Source: a virus (taxonomy: Duplodnaviria > Caudoviricetes). From it: a stretch of DNA of 35,165 nucleotides. The notes under the pieces are model-generated. The model had not been told where the DNA came from, did not search any database, and was given only the letters and a program-made list of their open reading frames with translations. This document shows positions 1 to 9,383 of the stretch, piece after piece (within the stretch, counting starts at the first letter, position 1; every line of letters begins with the position of its first letter). Location of the stretch: IMG/VR virus record IMGVR_UViG_3300044788_000002, positions 1-35,165 of that record. One strand, given 5' to 3'. Made by a program: the position numbers and the translations under genes.

Positions 1-653
1 AGTGCTATGCGTTGCTCACTCCCGCGCTTGTGGGCCATGATCTGAGTCAGGAACACCAGCACTTCGGAGTAGGGCAGCTCTGGCGGAAGGTCGAACAGGA
101 CGAGCCGGTTGAGCGTGATGATAGGGCTCAGGGTCATCGTGTCGAACACGAAGTCAAGCGTGGTGTCCACCACGGGAGGACCGCTCGGACTGACCTCCAG
201 GAGCATCCCCACTGTACCAGTCTGCGGCCCGAAGGTAGCTGGCAGGCTCGGCATGTTCAGCAGCTCAACCCCGGCACCAGCATTGTTGATGAATGCCACC
301 CACGTGTGGGTCTCGCGCCGGTAGGCCGAGTACACGTTGACCGCGACCTGCTGCGTGGTCAGGACGTTCCCGAACTCGAAGAGGCTGGGCTCCACATGGA
401 ACTTCTCGAACCAGTCGAAGGCGTACGTGCTCTTGTCCACAATCTCCGCCGCATAGGTCGCGTGAACGCTGTCCACGTATTCCTGGATGTAGACCAAGTT
501 GTAGCCAAAGCGCTGAGGCACATCCTCGAAGACCTCCGGACTGTTGTCGGGGAGGTTGGTCTGGCGGACTCTGTCATGCTGGGCAGAGATCCAGGAAGGG
601 CCTCCGACGATCGCGCCGGATCCTCCCACGATACTGCCCGCATAGGTTGCCAT
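1..653 (-). CDS. Tail-tip virion structural protein, YuA/M6-like; C-terminal part lies outside the window
   Basis: Not in the ORF track; read by hand from ATG at 653: MATYAGSIVGG...DWFEKFHVEPSLFEFGNVLTTQQVAVNVYSAYRRE...GPPVVDTTLDFVFD...EVLVFLTQIMAHKRGSEQRIA, open to base 1. Third gene after the tape measure; motifs resemble the family found at this position in YuA-like tails. Confidence 0.75.
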   Translation of the reverse strand, partial: MATYAGSIVGGSGAIVGGPSWISAQHDRVRQTNLPDNSPEVFEDVPQRFGYNLVYIQEYVDSVHATYAAEIVDKSTYAFDWFEKFHVEPSLFEFGNVLTTQQVAVNVYSAYRRETHTWVAFINNAGAGVELLNMPSLPATFGPQTGTVGMLLEVSPSGPPVVDTTLDFVFDTMTLSPIITLNRLVLFDLPPELPYSEVLVFLTQIMAHKRGSEQRIA

Positions 654-656
654 GCA

Positions 657-1682
657 TCAGGCCGAAGTGTTGTAGGCGTAACCCTGGAAGGCCGTGTTGC
701 CAGCGCCCGCAGCCTCGTTGCGTCGGACTGTGGGGAAGACGCGCCAGGTGTCCGCCCCAAGGACGAAGGTGTCGCGCGGGGCGAAGTACCGCAGATGGAC
801 CGATCTCACATCCCTCATGAAGCCGAGGAGGTAGATGTGGAACGGGCTGGCAGCCTTGTCCACGTAGAAGACCGAGATGGGGATGGTGGGGGCGAGTCCA
901 GATGTGTTACCTGCGGGGAGCCATGCGAGGCTTGCCGCGATTGGCCCGCTGCGCGTCCCCCCGATGCATGTGGCCCGAGCGTTGCCTGCCGTGTCCGTCA
1001 GCTCCGTGAACGTCCGGGTGCCCCAGACGTTGGCCCAGACGACAGAGCCCGCGAGACCCGGTGCGCCTGCAAGCCGCATGGTCGCAGCTCGATCCTGCAT
1101 GGCGTTGGCCGTAGTGGTGAGGCTGGATCCGCCATCGAGCAGGATTCCACTGCCAGTCTGGACTGGTCCCGAGAGTGCCACGCCCACCTGACCGTAGGCG
1201 TACTCGCCCCCCGTCATCGTGTCCCAGTCCGCGAACTTCTCCAGGTTCCCGCAACCGAAGTGCCTGAACTCGTCCGTCTGGATCTCCACCACCACATGGA
1301 GGTAGTTCCCACCCGAGTCCGAGTAGAACCAGTAGTTGGGCATGGCAGTGTTGCCCACCAGCTCGATGCATCGCTCCCCCGTCAGCTGTGATTCAGCCGT
1401 GCCTGTGTCCGTGTTGTAGCCGTTCCCCGAGTCTCCGGGGTGAGTGCCGGATCGGTTGCCGCCAGTGTAGCCGGTAGACTGGTACATGGCTATGGTGTTG
1501 GGAGTCGCGGTGTTCCAGCGAAACTGGACGAACAGGTTGCCCTTGTGGATGGCGCACTGTCTGCCGGATGAGACCGTGCCAATGCTCTCATCCACCGTCC
1601 ATCCCGAGACGGTTGCCACCCACGTGAGGAACTTGCTCATCAGGTCTTCGAGGCCTGTGGCACTGCCGGTAGTCTCCGCCAT
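657..1682 (-). CDS. Virion structural protein, tail tip region
   Basis: 341 aa, G/T/S-rich beta-type; second gene after the tape measure; motifs YLHVVVE..FRHFGCG, D.FVLGADTWRVFP and terminal GYAY. Confidence 0.75.
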   Translation of the reverse strand: MAETTGSATGLEDLMSKFLTWVATVSGWTVDESIGTVSSGRQCAIHKGNLFVQFRWNTATPNTIAMYQSTGYTGGNRSGTHPGDSGNGYNTDTGTAESQLTGERCIELVGNTAMPNYWFYSDSGGNYLHVVVEIQTDEFRHFGCGNLEKFADWDTMTGGEYAYGQVGVALSGPVQTGSGILLDGGSSLTTTANAMQDRAATMRLAGAPGLAGSVVWANVWGTRTFTELTDTAGNARATCIGGTRSGPIAASLAWLPAGNTSGLAPTIPISVFYVDKAASPFHIYLLGFMRDVRSVHLRYFAPRDTFVLGADTWRVFPTVRRNEAAGAGNTAFQGYAYNTSA

Positions 1683-1685
1683 GTG

Positions 1686-3035
1686 TCAGTCCTGTCTGAT
1701 GGCCATGAAGCCGTCGATCTGCTGGTATGACCCGTTGGGGAACACGTAGAACTTGTTGCCCGAGCCATCGTCCAATTGGTCCTCTGGGGTGATCAGCGTC
1801 GAACCTGCTGCGCTCACGAAGTACACGCCATCCAGCTCGCCTGCAAGGTCCACATCAGGATCGTTGGAGAGGACCAGTGTCAGCGGGACCATCATGCGTT
1901 TGGCACCCAGGGAACCGGAATCGGGAGTCGGGCGCAGCTCGAAGTCCGCAGCCGCGAATGTGCTACGCTGGATGATGTTCCCCCATTGAACTCCAATGGC
2001 GTTGTTGTCAATGGTGATCTGAACGTCTGGTCCAGAGGTGGGGTCGGTCTTGCCGAAGGGGTAGAGCACATAGTCTTGTGTGCCACCGCGAGTCGTGGCT
2101 GCGACCGATGACATGCCGGAATTGATCACACTCTTCCAGGATCCGTCGTTGTGCCAGTACTGGCCGGGACCGAATCGACCAGTGATCCCAATGAGCTGTC
2201 CTATGCCAGAGTAGGGAAATGCCGGGGCAACATCGTTCCACGAGGGCGTGTCAGCGTTGGTGCACCCAGCGATGAACAAAGGGTAGGGGAACTCCGCGTT
2301 GCTGCCAAACGGATTCAGAAGACCAGCGTACAGGGTCGAGTAGCGCGGGGTGGTGATCGTCGCATTGCGCAGCTTCGCCACGGCGATGACGCGCCGGTTG
2401 CTCACGTGGAACCAATAGTCCATGTCGAAGGCATCCGAACCCTTCGCCAAGAAGATAGTGCCGCCCGTCGTGGGCACCGATCCATCGACAGAGGAGACCC
2501 CGGGTGAGAGATCGGGCTGTTGGTACCAGGGCAGACCGCCGTTGTAGGAAGTCATCCCGAGCACCACCCAGTTCTTCGCGGTCTGGGCACCAGTCACACG
2601 AGTGTAGGAGCGGAATCCGATGAACACGTCATTGGTCGTCTCTTGGAAGAACACCACGCGCTCGGTCGAGCCATCCAGGGTCGCATCGTCCTTGATCTTG
2701 ACCCAGTTAGAGACCTCCATCGTCATGTCGAAGGTCGCACCTGTGCCGGAACCCGATGTGCTCCAGCTGGTCGAGGCTGAGAGGTCAGGATCCACGCTGT
2801 AGGCGCCCGAGTCGATGATGCGTAGACCAGTGATCGCCCCACCCGAGACCGTAGTGACAAGGAAGGTGGCGGCCCTCGTGAAGGTGCCGTCGGTCAGTGT
2901 GACAGTGTCGTTGGCTGCGAAGGACGAGCCTCCTGCATTGATCGCCACTGTGGCCACGTGGTCCCCGAGGATGAACTCCGTCAGAGCCGTCAAGAGCGTG
3001 GCGTGATTGTCGGACGTGCCGAAGGAGAGTGCCAT
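1686..3035 (-). CDS. Virion structural protein, distal tail region
   Basis: 449 aa; TGATG-coupled to the tape measure; motifs YAGLLNPF...EFPYPLFIAG and GELDGVYFVS resemble the post-TMP protein of YuA-like phages. Confidence 0.75.
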   Translation of the reverse strand: MALSFGTSDNHATLLTALTEFILGDHVATVAINAGGSSFAANDTVTLTDGTFTRAATFLVTTVSGGAITGLRIIDSGAYSVDPDLSASTSWSTSGSGTGATFDMTMEVSNWVKIKDDATLDGSTERVVFFQETTNDVFIGFRSYTRVTGAQTAKNWVVLGMTSYNGGLPWYQQPDLSPGVSSVDGSVPTTGGTIFLAKGSDAFDMDYWFHVSNRRVIAVAKLRNATITTPRYSTLYAGLLNPFGSNAEFPYPLFIAGCTNADTPSWNDVAPAFPYSGIGQLIGITGRFGPGQYWHNDGSWKSVINSGMSSVAATTRGGTQDYVLYPFGKTDPTSGPDVQITIDNNAIGVQWGNIIQRSTFAAADFELRPTPDSGSLGAKRMMVPLTLVLSNDPDVDLAGELDGVYFVSAAGSTLITPEDQLDDGSGNKFYVFPNGSYQQIDGFMAIRQD

Positions 3036-5818
3036 CAGCTGAGCTCCCGCTTGATTGCGCTGCGGTTCTTCCGGATCTGGTTCATGATGACCTTTGCACC
3101 GCTGTCCGTGTCCATAGCGCTCTGGGCAGCCTCGGGCGAGTCCACGTTGATGACGTTGACAGAGACCTTGGGCGGAGGAGTCGAGACCACGGTGGTGTTG
3201 TTCTGTCCGTTGTTCTGGAGGGCCTGAGCGGTTTGACCGGCGGGGGTCACGGAGCCTGGAGCACCGAACTGGACCAGCTCGGGACCCTTCTCCCCGACCA
3301 ACATGGACTGGTTCGCCTCAAAGCTGCCACCGTGAGCATGTCCGGTGGTGCCTCCAGGGAGGGGAATCGGGATGCCCAGGCCACCGAGGGCGCCGAGTAG
3401 GAGCTGTTGTGCGAAGATTTTGGCGAGGTCTGAGAGGATCGAGCGCGCGAAGTCTGCGAAGTCCAGCTTGCCGGTCGTGGCGAAGTCCGCGAGTGCATCG
3501 GAGGCCGAGTTGAAGGCATTGACCAGAGCTGCCTCGGCCTGTGCGCCAACATCGTTGACTTGGTCGCTGATCTTCTGTAGGCCGGAGGTGATGCCCTCTC
3601 CAAACGTGGTGCCAATCTCCTGATCCTTGGCGTGGAGGTCCGCGAGAGCCTGAGTGTACTCCTGGAGTGTGATCCGGTCGTTGGCGAGGAGGACTCCCAG
3701 GGCAGCTGTCTTGTCAATGATCTCCTGCTGCGGACCCTTGATCGACTGGAAGACTTCTTCCTGCAGCTTCTGAGCCTCCGTCAGGGGGTTCAATGCCTCG
3801 GTGACCTTGTTGGTCTCATCCGCATAGGTCGCGGCGGAGATCGAGCCCTGGGTGAAGAGGGCATCGAGGGCAGCTTGGCGCTTCGCCAGATCCTCGGCCG
3901 GTCCCATCAGTTCCTTCAGCAGTGCAGCCTGAGCCGCGTACTCGGGATTGAGCAGCTTGATCTGCTCCTCCGTGTCTGCCATAGCCTGGGTGTACTGCTC
4001 CTGGCTGATCTCGCCCTCCGACAGGAGATTCTGGAGGATGACCTGCTTGTCCGTCAACTCCTGGATAGGCCCAATGAGGTCGCGGAGCACGTTCGCACGT
4101 TCGGCCTCGAACTTCGCAGCCTCCTGTTGGGCTACGATTGTCGCCTTGATCTTCTCCAGAGCATCACCACCATCGAATCCAGGCAGGCGGATACCCGACA
4201 GGTCCACACCCTTCGCATTGACTGCGAGGTCTGTGACGGCCGAGTTGAACTCGTCCGTGGTGATCTTGTCCTGTTCCAGGAGCGCGTTGAGAGCCGACAG
4301 TCCAGCCTCGAACTGCTGCTGCGGACCCCGGATGTTGTCGAGCGCAGCAGCCTGGTCCGCTAGGGCCTGGTTTCGGCGGATCGCGTTCTCGATCGAGGTG
4401 CGCTCGTCGGCCGTGACTTTGGACTTGCCCTCGGACTCCTTCTCCAGCTTGGCGACCTCATCCAGGAGCCGCTTCTGAATCTCGCGCTCACGCGAGTTGA
4501 GTGACAAGAGAGCGGTCTGCTGCTCGATGCCCTGGACCGTCTTGGCGACTGCCCTGTCCAGCTCCTCCATGGACTTGATCTGGGCCTTGGCATCAGCCGA
4601 AGTCCTGACGAGGCCCTTGCGGATCAAGTCCTGCTCCACACCCAGCTTCTCCAACTGAGTGCGGTACTCCTCCGCCATCTTGGCCGCCTGAGTGTTCGAC
4701 GGATCGTGGGCTAGGACGTTGTTCAGACTCTCCAGGTTCTTCTTGACTCGCTGGATGTCCGCTCCCGTCTTGCCGAACTCGGTCAGCTGGAACTTCTCGC
4801 CTGCCTCTGTGGCCTTGAGAATCTCCCTCTCCAAGTCCCCCCACTTGTCCGCGAAGGCGATGACTGCGACTCCCAGAGCTGCCAGCCCAAGCACGAGCAC
4901 GCCAAAGGGGTTCGCAGCCATGGTGTCGAACAGGAGCTTGAGCTGCGCGATCAGAGCAGGGATGGCAGTCCGAACCAGGTTGGCGAGGATGACAGTGCCC
5001 ACGATAGTGACTGCAGCGGCCAGGATCTCCAGGTTGTTGGAGAGGAAGATGATGGACGAGGAGACGGCCGCACTGGATCCGGTCGCCTGGTCGAGGGTCC
5101 CGATGAACTCCACGATCTGGTTCTTGAGGACCGTGAAGGACTGGGCGATGGTCGGGACGGACTTGGCGAACCGCTCGTTGAGCTCTCCGCGCGCCTTGGC
5201 GAATGCCTCCAGGACGATGTCCGCCGTGATCTTCCCCTCTGCCCCTAGCTTGCGCAGCTCTCCACGCGTGATGCCCAGGGACTTGGCGATGACGTCTGCC
5301 ACAGCGGGAAGCTGTTCGAGGACGGATCGCAGCTCGTCGCCACGGAGGGCACCGGAGGCGAGGCCCTGTGACAGCTGGATCAAGCCTGCCTGGGCCTCGC
5401 TCGCGCTCGCGCCCGAGAGGGCCACCGCCTGGTTCAGGCTCTCCGTGAACTGGAGCAACTCCTCTTGAGTCTTCCCCAGGTCCTTCGCTGCGAGCCCCAC
5501 GCGTGCGTAGACCTCTGCTGTGGCATCGAATGCTTGGCGAGTGCGGTTGGCGATGGCGAAGATTTCACTGGTGACCTTCGCCAGTTCTTCCTGGCCTTCG
5601 ACCACGGTGCCGAGCCGGTTCCTGACGGTGGTGTAGGCGTCCGCGAGCTGTCCCAATTCACGGATCAGGAGGCCCGCGCTCAGGCCAGCGAAGATCCTGA
5701 AGAGGTTCTTCTGAAGGCGGTCCGCAGCGTTCTCCGTCTCCTTGAGCTTCTCCTTGACCTTCGGGATGTTGTTTCCGGGGTCAGGGTCGATGATCACTCT
5801 GATGCGGAAGTCGGTCAT
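3035..5818 (-). CDS. Tail tape measure protein
   Basis: 927 aa, helical and Ala/Leu/Glu-rich; N-terminal tape-measure motif QLSQGLASGALRGDELRSVLEQLP; C-terminal HGG..LVGEKGPELV motif; follows the tail chaperones. Confidence 0.95.
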   Translation of the reverse strand: MTDFRIRVIIDPDPGNNIPKVKEKLKETENAADRLQKNLFRIFAGLSAGLLIRELGQLADAYTTVRNRLGTVVEGQEELAKVTSEIFAIANRTRQAFDATAEVYARVGLAAKDLGKTQEELLQFTESLNQAVALSGASASEAQAGLIQLSQGLASGALRGDELRSVLEQLPAVADVIAKSLGITRGELRKLGAEGKITADIVLEAFAKARGELNERFAKSVPTIAQSFTVLKNQIVEFIGTLDQATGSSAAVSSSIIFLSNNLEILAAAVTIVGTVILANLVRTAIPALIAQLKLLFDTMAANPFGVLVLGLAALGVAVIAFADKWGDLEREILKATEAGEKFQLTEFGKTGADIQRVKKNLESLNNVLAHDPSNTQAAKMAEEYRTQLEKLGVEQDLIRKGLVRTSADAKAQIKSMEELDRAVAKTVQGIEQQTALLSLNSREREIQKRLLDEVAKLEKESEGKSKVTADERTSIENAIRRNQALADQAAALDNIRGPQQQFEAGLSALNALLEQDKITTDEFNSAVTDLAVNAKGVDLSGIRLPGFDGGDALEKIKATIVAQQEAAKFEAERANVLRDLIGPIQELTDKQVILQNLLSEGEISQEQYTQAMADTEEQIKLLNPEYAAQAALLKELMGPAEDLAKRQAALDALFTQGSISAATYADETNKVTEALNPLTEAQKLQEEVFQSIKGPQQEIIDKTAALGVLLANDRITLQEYTQALADLHAKDQEIGTTFGEGITSGLQKISDQVNDVGAQAEAALVNAFNSASDALADFATTGKLDFADFARSILSDLAKIFAQQLLLGALGGLGIPIPLPGGTTGHAHGGSFEANQSMLVGEKGPELVQFGAPGSVTPAGQTAQALQNNGQNNTTVVSTPPPKVSVNVINVDSPEAAQSAMDTDSGAKVIMNQIRKNRSAIKRELS

Positions 5819-6165
5819 GGCCTCTTCTGTTGCTGCTTCTCCCGCTGCTCCAGGATCCAGGTCAAGTAGGCCCGGTCAACGCCCAAGATCACGTCAGTGA
5901 ACAGCTCGATCATATCGGGAGGGAACCCCAACCGGAAGGCGTAGGCAGCAACTTTGCTCTCTGGAATCCGACCAGGGTTGAAGCCAATCGGCCTCTCCGT
6001 GTCGAGGATCCAGAAGTGGCGAAGGAAGAACTGTGTGAAGGGGAGGAGCGGCGGTTCATCGAGGAACCAGGCAGGGAGCCGCACCTCACGCTCGATTTTT
6101 GCCTCAATCTCGTAGCGCTTCTCATCGAGGAGCAGCTCCCACCTGAGCCGCTCCGTCAGTTTCCC
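5815..6165 (-). CDS. Tail assembly chaperone C-terminal extension (gpT/GT-like), reached by -1 frameshift
   Basis: The frame of ORF 5815..6084 stays open up to the GGGAAAC heptamer at 6165..6159 (KLTERLRWELLLDEKRYEIEAKIEREVRLPAWFLDEPPLLP...). Confidence 0.85.
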   Translation of the reverse strand, partial: GKLTERLRWELLLDEKRYEIEAKIEREVRLPAWFLDEPPLLPFTQFFLRHFWILDTERPIGFNPGRIPESKVAAYAFRLGFPPDMIELFTDVILGVDRAYLTWILEQREKQQQKRP

Positions 6166-6620
6166 ACGATGTCCGCGCGATCCTCGCTGGTCAGCGGCTC
6201 ATCGTCATCTTCGTCCACCTGCGGACGGAAGTTGTCGATGGTCGAGCAGAAGTCGCGCAGCTCGTTGAACAGATCGTAGGGCAACGCCTCGATGAACGCG
6301 GCGCACGCATCAGCGCTGAAGGGAACGGCCGCTCCGTTCACGTCCAGCACACCATCCCAGCTGACCACCACCAGCTTGGGGAACAGCTTGCGATCCTTCG
6401 CACGGTTCTCCTCCAGCATCTCGGGCGAGAGGTCACCTGCCTTCAGGCGTCGGAGGTTCTCGCGCGAGCCCTTGAGGATCGCGCGCATGTAGGCCGGGTT
6501 GGCCTCGGTCGCGGGTCGGACCGTCAAGCGCGGAGTGCCCTCCAGACGGTAGAACGTGAAGATGGCTGTGCGGTCACGCGGGACTTCCTGCGCGCGCACG
6601 TTCGAGAAGTCGAATTGCAT
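6156..6620 (-). CDS. Tail assembly chaperone (gpG-like)
   Basis: 154 aa between tail tube and tape measure; ends GTG GGA AAC TGA; GGAG Shine-Dalgarno upstream. Confidence 0.88.
   Translation of the reverse strand: MQFDFSNVRAQEVPRDRTAIFTFYRLEGTPRLTVRPATEANPAYMRAILKGSRENLRRLKAGDLSPEMLEENRAKDRKLFPKLVVVSWDGVLDVNGAAVPFSADACAAFIEALPYDLFNELRDFCSTIDNFRPQVDEDDDEPLTSEDRADIVGN
6159..6165 (-). other. -1 ribosomal frameshift slippery site G GGA AAC
   Basis: XXXYYYZ heptamer just before the chaperone stop codon; the -1 frame is open to 5815. Confidence 0.85.
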
Positions 6621-6654
6621 GAGTGCTCCTTGTCGAGGTTGTGAGGTTGGGGGT

Positions 6655-6688
6655 GAACGTCGGCTGGCGAGTGGACCAGCCGACGTTC
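6655..6688 (-). terminator. Strong hairpin between tail tube and chaperone genes (attenuator or mRNA stabiliser)
   Basis: Perfect 13-bp stem gaacgtcggctgg/ccagccgacgttc with 8-nt loop; no U-tract. Confidence 0.5.
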
Positions 6689-6709
6689 TGTGTAGCCCCT
6701 AGCCTACCC

Positions 6710-8236
6710 TCACTGGGGGTAGACCGGGAAGAGGCTGATGCTGAGCGAGGTTCCCAGGGTCGGATCCTGAAACGCCTCGCCCTTGAGGTTGATGAGGACC
6801 GTCTCGCCCACGGGGAACTCCTTGTCACCCCCACCGAGAGTCAGTGCAGGAATGTCGAATCCCATGGCGCCATCACCGTTCTTGAGCACCCAGTCCATGG
6901 AGAGGGTCTCGTTGTTGCGGATGGCCTCGGTCACCTCGACGTTGTCGAACGTGGCCTGAGCCTCGATGTCCACCAGGAAGTTGCCGGTGTTCAGGCCCAG
7001 GGCACCCAGCGAGCCGAGGCACTTCTCGGCCGTCACCCCGTTCGCCAGGGTCAGGGTCATGGACTTGAAGCAGGTGGTGAGGCCTTCGTGGTCCACGTTC
7101 TCGACGCGGAGGCGTGCGATGTCCGATGCAGTGTTGTAGGCCGTGGTCTCGACCGGCACCACCGGGGTGGAGGCACCCGATGCACGGACGGTCGTGGCCA
7201 CATCCGTGTCCGTGCCGACGAAGCCGAACGTGACAGTGGTCTTGTCCTGGCCAGGCATGTTGAGGGACATCGTGTCCCCGTAGTTGCCCTCCGCGTACTC
7301 GTAGCCGTCCACCCCGACTCCAGCGAGGTCAGGGTAGGCCAGCTCGAACTGGAACGAGCGCGACAGGTAGGAGGCGCTGTCCACGTCCACGTTCCGAAGG
7401 AACCGGCCGAACAGGATGTCGATGGCCTGAGTGGTGTTGGCCTCCGTCTGGAGCGCCGTAGCCGCAGGCGTGGTTCGGATCTTGTCCAGACCGAGCGCAG
7501 CAGCCGCGATCGACGTGACACGGGCAGCACCGTAGCGGCCCGTGGCGAAGCGGTTGGTGGCCGTCAGACCGCCGATGTGGATCAGCTGCCCGACCACCAG
7601 GCCGAGGGTCGTGAAGTTCAGGACGGTGGAGGTCAGGATGCCGGTCGTGCCCGTGACCGTGATGTCGATGTCGCCCACGGCGGTGCGGACACCACAGACT
7701 TCGAGCGTGGCTCCAGACGTGTTGCCAGGAACCTCGTCGATGATCGTCAGGCCAGTGACAGGAGTCACCGTGGTCGTGGGCGAGCCCGAGACCACAGAGA
7801 GGCCGTTGTTGCCCGCGATCGAGAACCCGCGCGCGTAGACCAGATGACCAACCGGGATAGCGCCCGTCAGAGCATCGTGTTGGTACTGGCTGCCCGTCGT
7901 CTCTGCCACGAGGTCCTGGAAGTTGGATCCGGCCTGGATCGCGCTCCCGTTGAACGTGGTGAAGCTGGCGAACACGAAGCCCTCCGCCATCTTCTTGAAG
8001 CACTGGCCCGTCAGGTCCGCCTCGAACTCGACACCGCTCTCCACGTCGGTTGTGGTGCCCTTCCGGCGCTGGCGCAGTTTCGAGATCGGGTTGCGTGCGA
8101 TCTTCGTGATGGTCGCGCCGAACGAGTTGATTGTGTTGGGCTCCAGGAGATCCCAGGTGGGGGAACCAGGCAGGACGCCCAGGGACGCCTCGATGGCGAT
8201 GGACAGGCTGATCTCATTGGTCTTGACGAGGGACAT
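6710..8236 (-). CDS. Major tail tube protein
   Basis: Start moved to ATG 8236 (MSLVKTNE; AGGAG upstream), 508 aa; motifs RNPISKLRQRRKGTTTD and D..LGTSLSISLF; lies between terminator and chaperone. Confidence 0.9.
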   Translation of the reverse strand: MSLVKTNEISLSIAIEASLGVLPGSPTWDLLEPNTINSFGATITKIARNPISKLRQRRKGTTTDVESGVEFEADLTGQCFKKMAEGFVFASFTTFNGSAIQAGSNFQDLVAETTGSQYQHDALTGAIPVGHLVYARGFSIAGNNGLSVVSGSPTTTVTPVTGLTIIDEVPGNTSGATLEVCGVRTAVGDIDITVTGTTGILTSTVLNFTTLGLVVGQLIHIGGLTATNRFATGRYGAARVTSIAAAALGLDKIRTTPAATALQTEANTTQAIDILFGRFLRNVDVDSASYLSRSFQFELAYPDLAGVGVDGYEYAEGNYGDTMSLNMPGQDKTTVTFGFVGTDTDVATTVRASGASTPVVPVETTAYNTASDIARLRVENVDHEGLTTCFKSMTLTLANGVTAEKCLGSLGALGLNTGNFLVDIEAQATFDNVEVTEAIRNNETLSMDWVLKNGDGAMGFDIPALTLGGGDKEFPVGETVLINLKGEAFQDPTLGTSLSISLFPVYPQ

Positions 8237-8247
8237 AGGCTCTCCTG

Positions 8248-8679
8248 TTACTTGATGTCGGTGTACACCACTTGGACTTCCAACAGGACCGGGAACCACT
8301 TCCCGTCCGGAGGCTGGGGTCTGGCTGTGGCGTTGAGATAGATGATGTCGTTGTTCAGGCGCCTGTCCTCGAAGTAGGTCCGGGCTGCCTCAGCCATCTG
8401 CTTGCCAGTCTTCTCCCCCACGTTGGTCGGAGAGAAGCACTGTACCGCGAGGAAGCCCAAGCGGTCGTACTTGCGGGTGCCGACCTCTCCGTTGAGGTTT
8501 GCGCGCCCGCCGCCCGCCTCCCGGAAGCTGATCCTGTACCAGGCTTCAGAGCCCTCGTCCAACTTCTTGCCCGTGGCTGAGTTGATGGGATCCTCGTTGC
8601 CAAAGGCGAAGTTGGTGGCTGTGCCGATGTACGTCAGCCAATCCTGGAAGACCAGGTCAGTGGTCTCAACGAGGTTCAC
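8248..8679 (-). CDS. Tail terminator / tail completion protein
   Basis: 143 aa immediately upstream of the tube gene; R.G.L.VQCFSP..G motif. Confidence 0.75.
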   Translation of the reverse strand: MNLVETTDLVFQDWLTYIGTATNFAFGNEDPINSATGKKLDEGSEAWYRISFREAGGGRANLNGEVGTRKYDRLGFLAVQCFSPTNVGEKTGKQMAEAARTYFEDRRLNNDIIYLNATARPQPPDGKWFPVLLEVQVVYTDIK

Positions 8680-9077
8680 GGGCTCTGCCCTCCAGCTCTG
8701 AACGCTCCGCGCACTGCCCTGAGAATGGCTGCCTGGACGAAGCCGGACGGGGCCTGCTTCGAGGAGCCATCATTCAGTCGGCCGATGTAGGGGACGTTGT
8801 TGCTGATGAACACGGGACCCTTCTCCAGGGTGTAGCCAGAGGCTACTGCTGCCACTCCAGACTCGCTCGCGGACTTGGACACTGACTCTGGGGTCCCCAC
8901 GGTATGGTCCACGGACTTCCCGATGGAGGGCACCCAATTGGAGCGGGCCCAACCAGTGTCGCGTGGAGTGTCCTCTACCAGGTTCGCCGTGGCATCAAGG
9001 GTGATGATCTTGACGTGCTTCTCGGTGAACTGGCGGAGGACCTGCATCACGAACTGGAGTGAGCCCGGCCCGGCCAT
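8676..9077 (-). CDS. HK97 gp10-like neck / tail completion protein
   Basis: TPRDTGWARSNW and NNVPYIGRLNDGSSKQAPSGFV motifs. Confidence 0.85.
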   Translation of the reverse strand: MAGPGSLQFVMQVLRQFTEKHVKIITLDATANLVEDTPRDTGWARSNWVPSIGKSVDHTVGTPESVSKSASESGVAAVASGYTLEKGPVFISNNVPYIGRLNDGSSKQAPSGFVQAAILRAVRGAFRAGGQSP

Positions 9078-9087
9078 GGGGTCCCGA

Positions 9088-9369
9088 TCAGGTCACTTCC
9101 GGGGTGACTTCAGTGGTCTGTTCCTGGGCGACCAACCTCAAGGGCATGGTCTTGATGACGTTACCCTTGGGCTTCGGCCGCTCCGGAGCCGCCTCACCGC
9201 AAGTGATGAGGCGGCTCTCCCAGAGCTGCTTGGCCTTGCGTTCCGAGCACGCGAGTCGTCTCCAGTGGAACTCCTGCCCCACCTTGTAGCGCTTCCCCGC
9301 GAAGGTGAAGGGCTTCATGGCGGTGCACTTGGCACCCGAGGAGAACGGCTCACGCAGCGCAGACTTCAT
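9088..9369 (-). CDS. Hypothetical small basic protein following the capsid gene
   Basis: 93 aa; AGGAG Shine-Dalgarno; fills the gap between capsid and neck genes. Confidence 0.7.
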   Translation of the reverse strand: MKSALREPFSSGAKCTAMKPFTFAGKRYKVGQEFHWRRLACSERKAKQLWESRLITCGEAAPERPKPKGNVIKTMPLRLVAQEQTTEVTPEVT

Positions 9370-9383
9370 GGTGGCTCCTCAGA

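Noticed and set aside
12-1391. Long plus-strand ORFs such as 12..1391, 6623..8341, 9408..10808, 10787..12121 and 22912..23820
   Set aside because: Antisense shadows of well-supported minus-strand genes; expected from GC-rich codon bias; no recognisable motifs.
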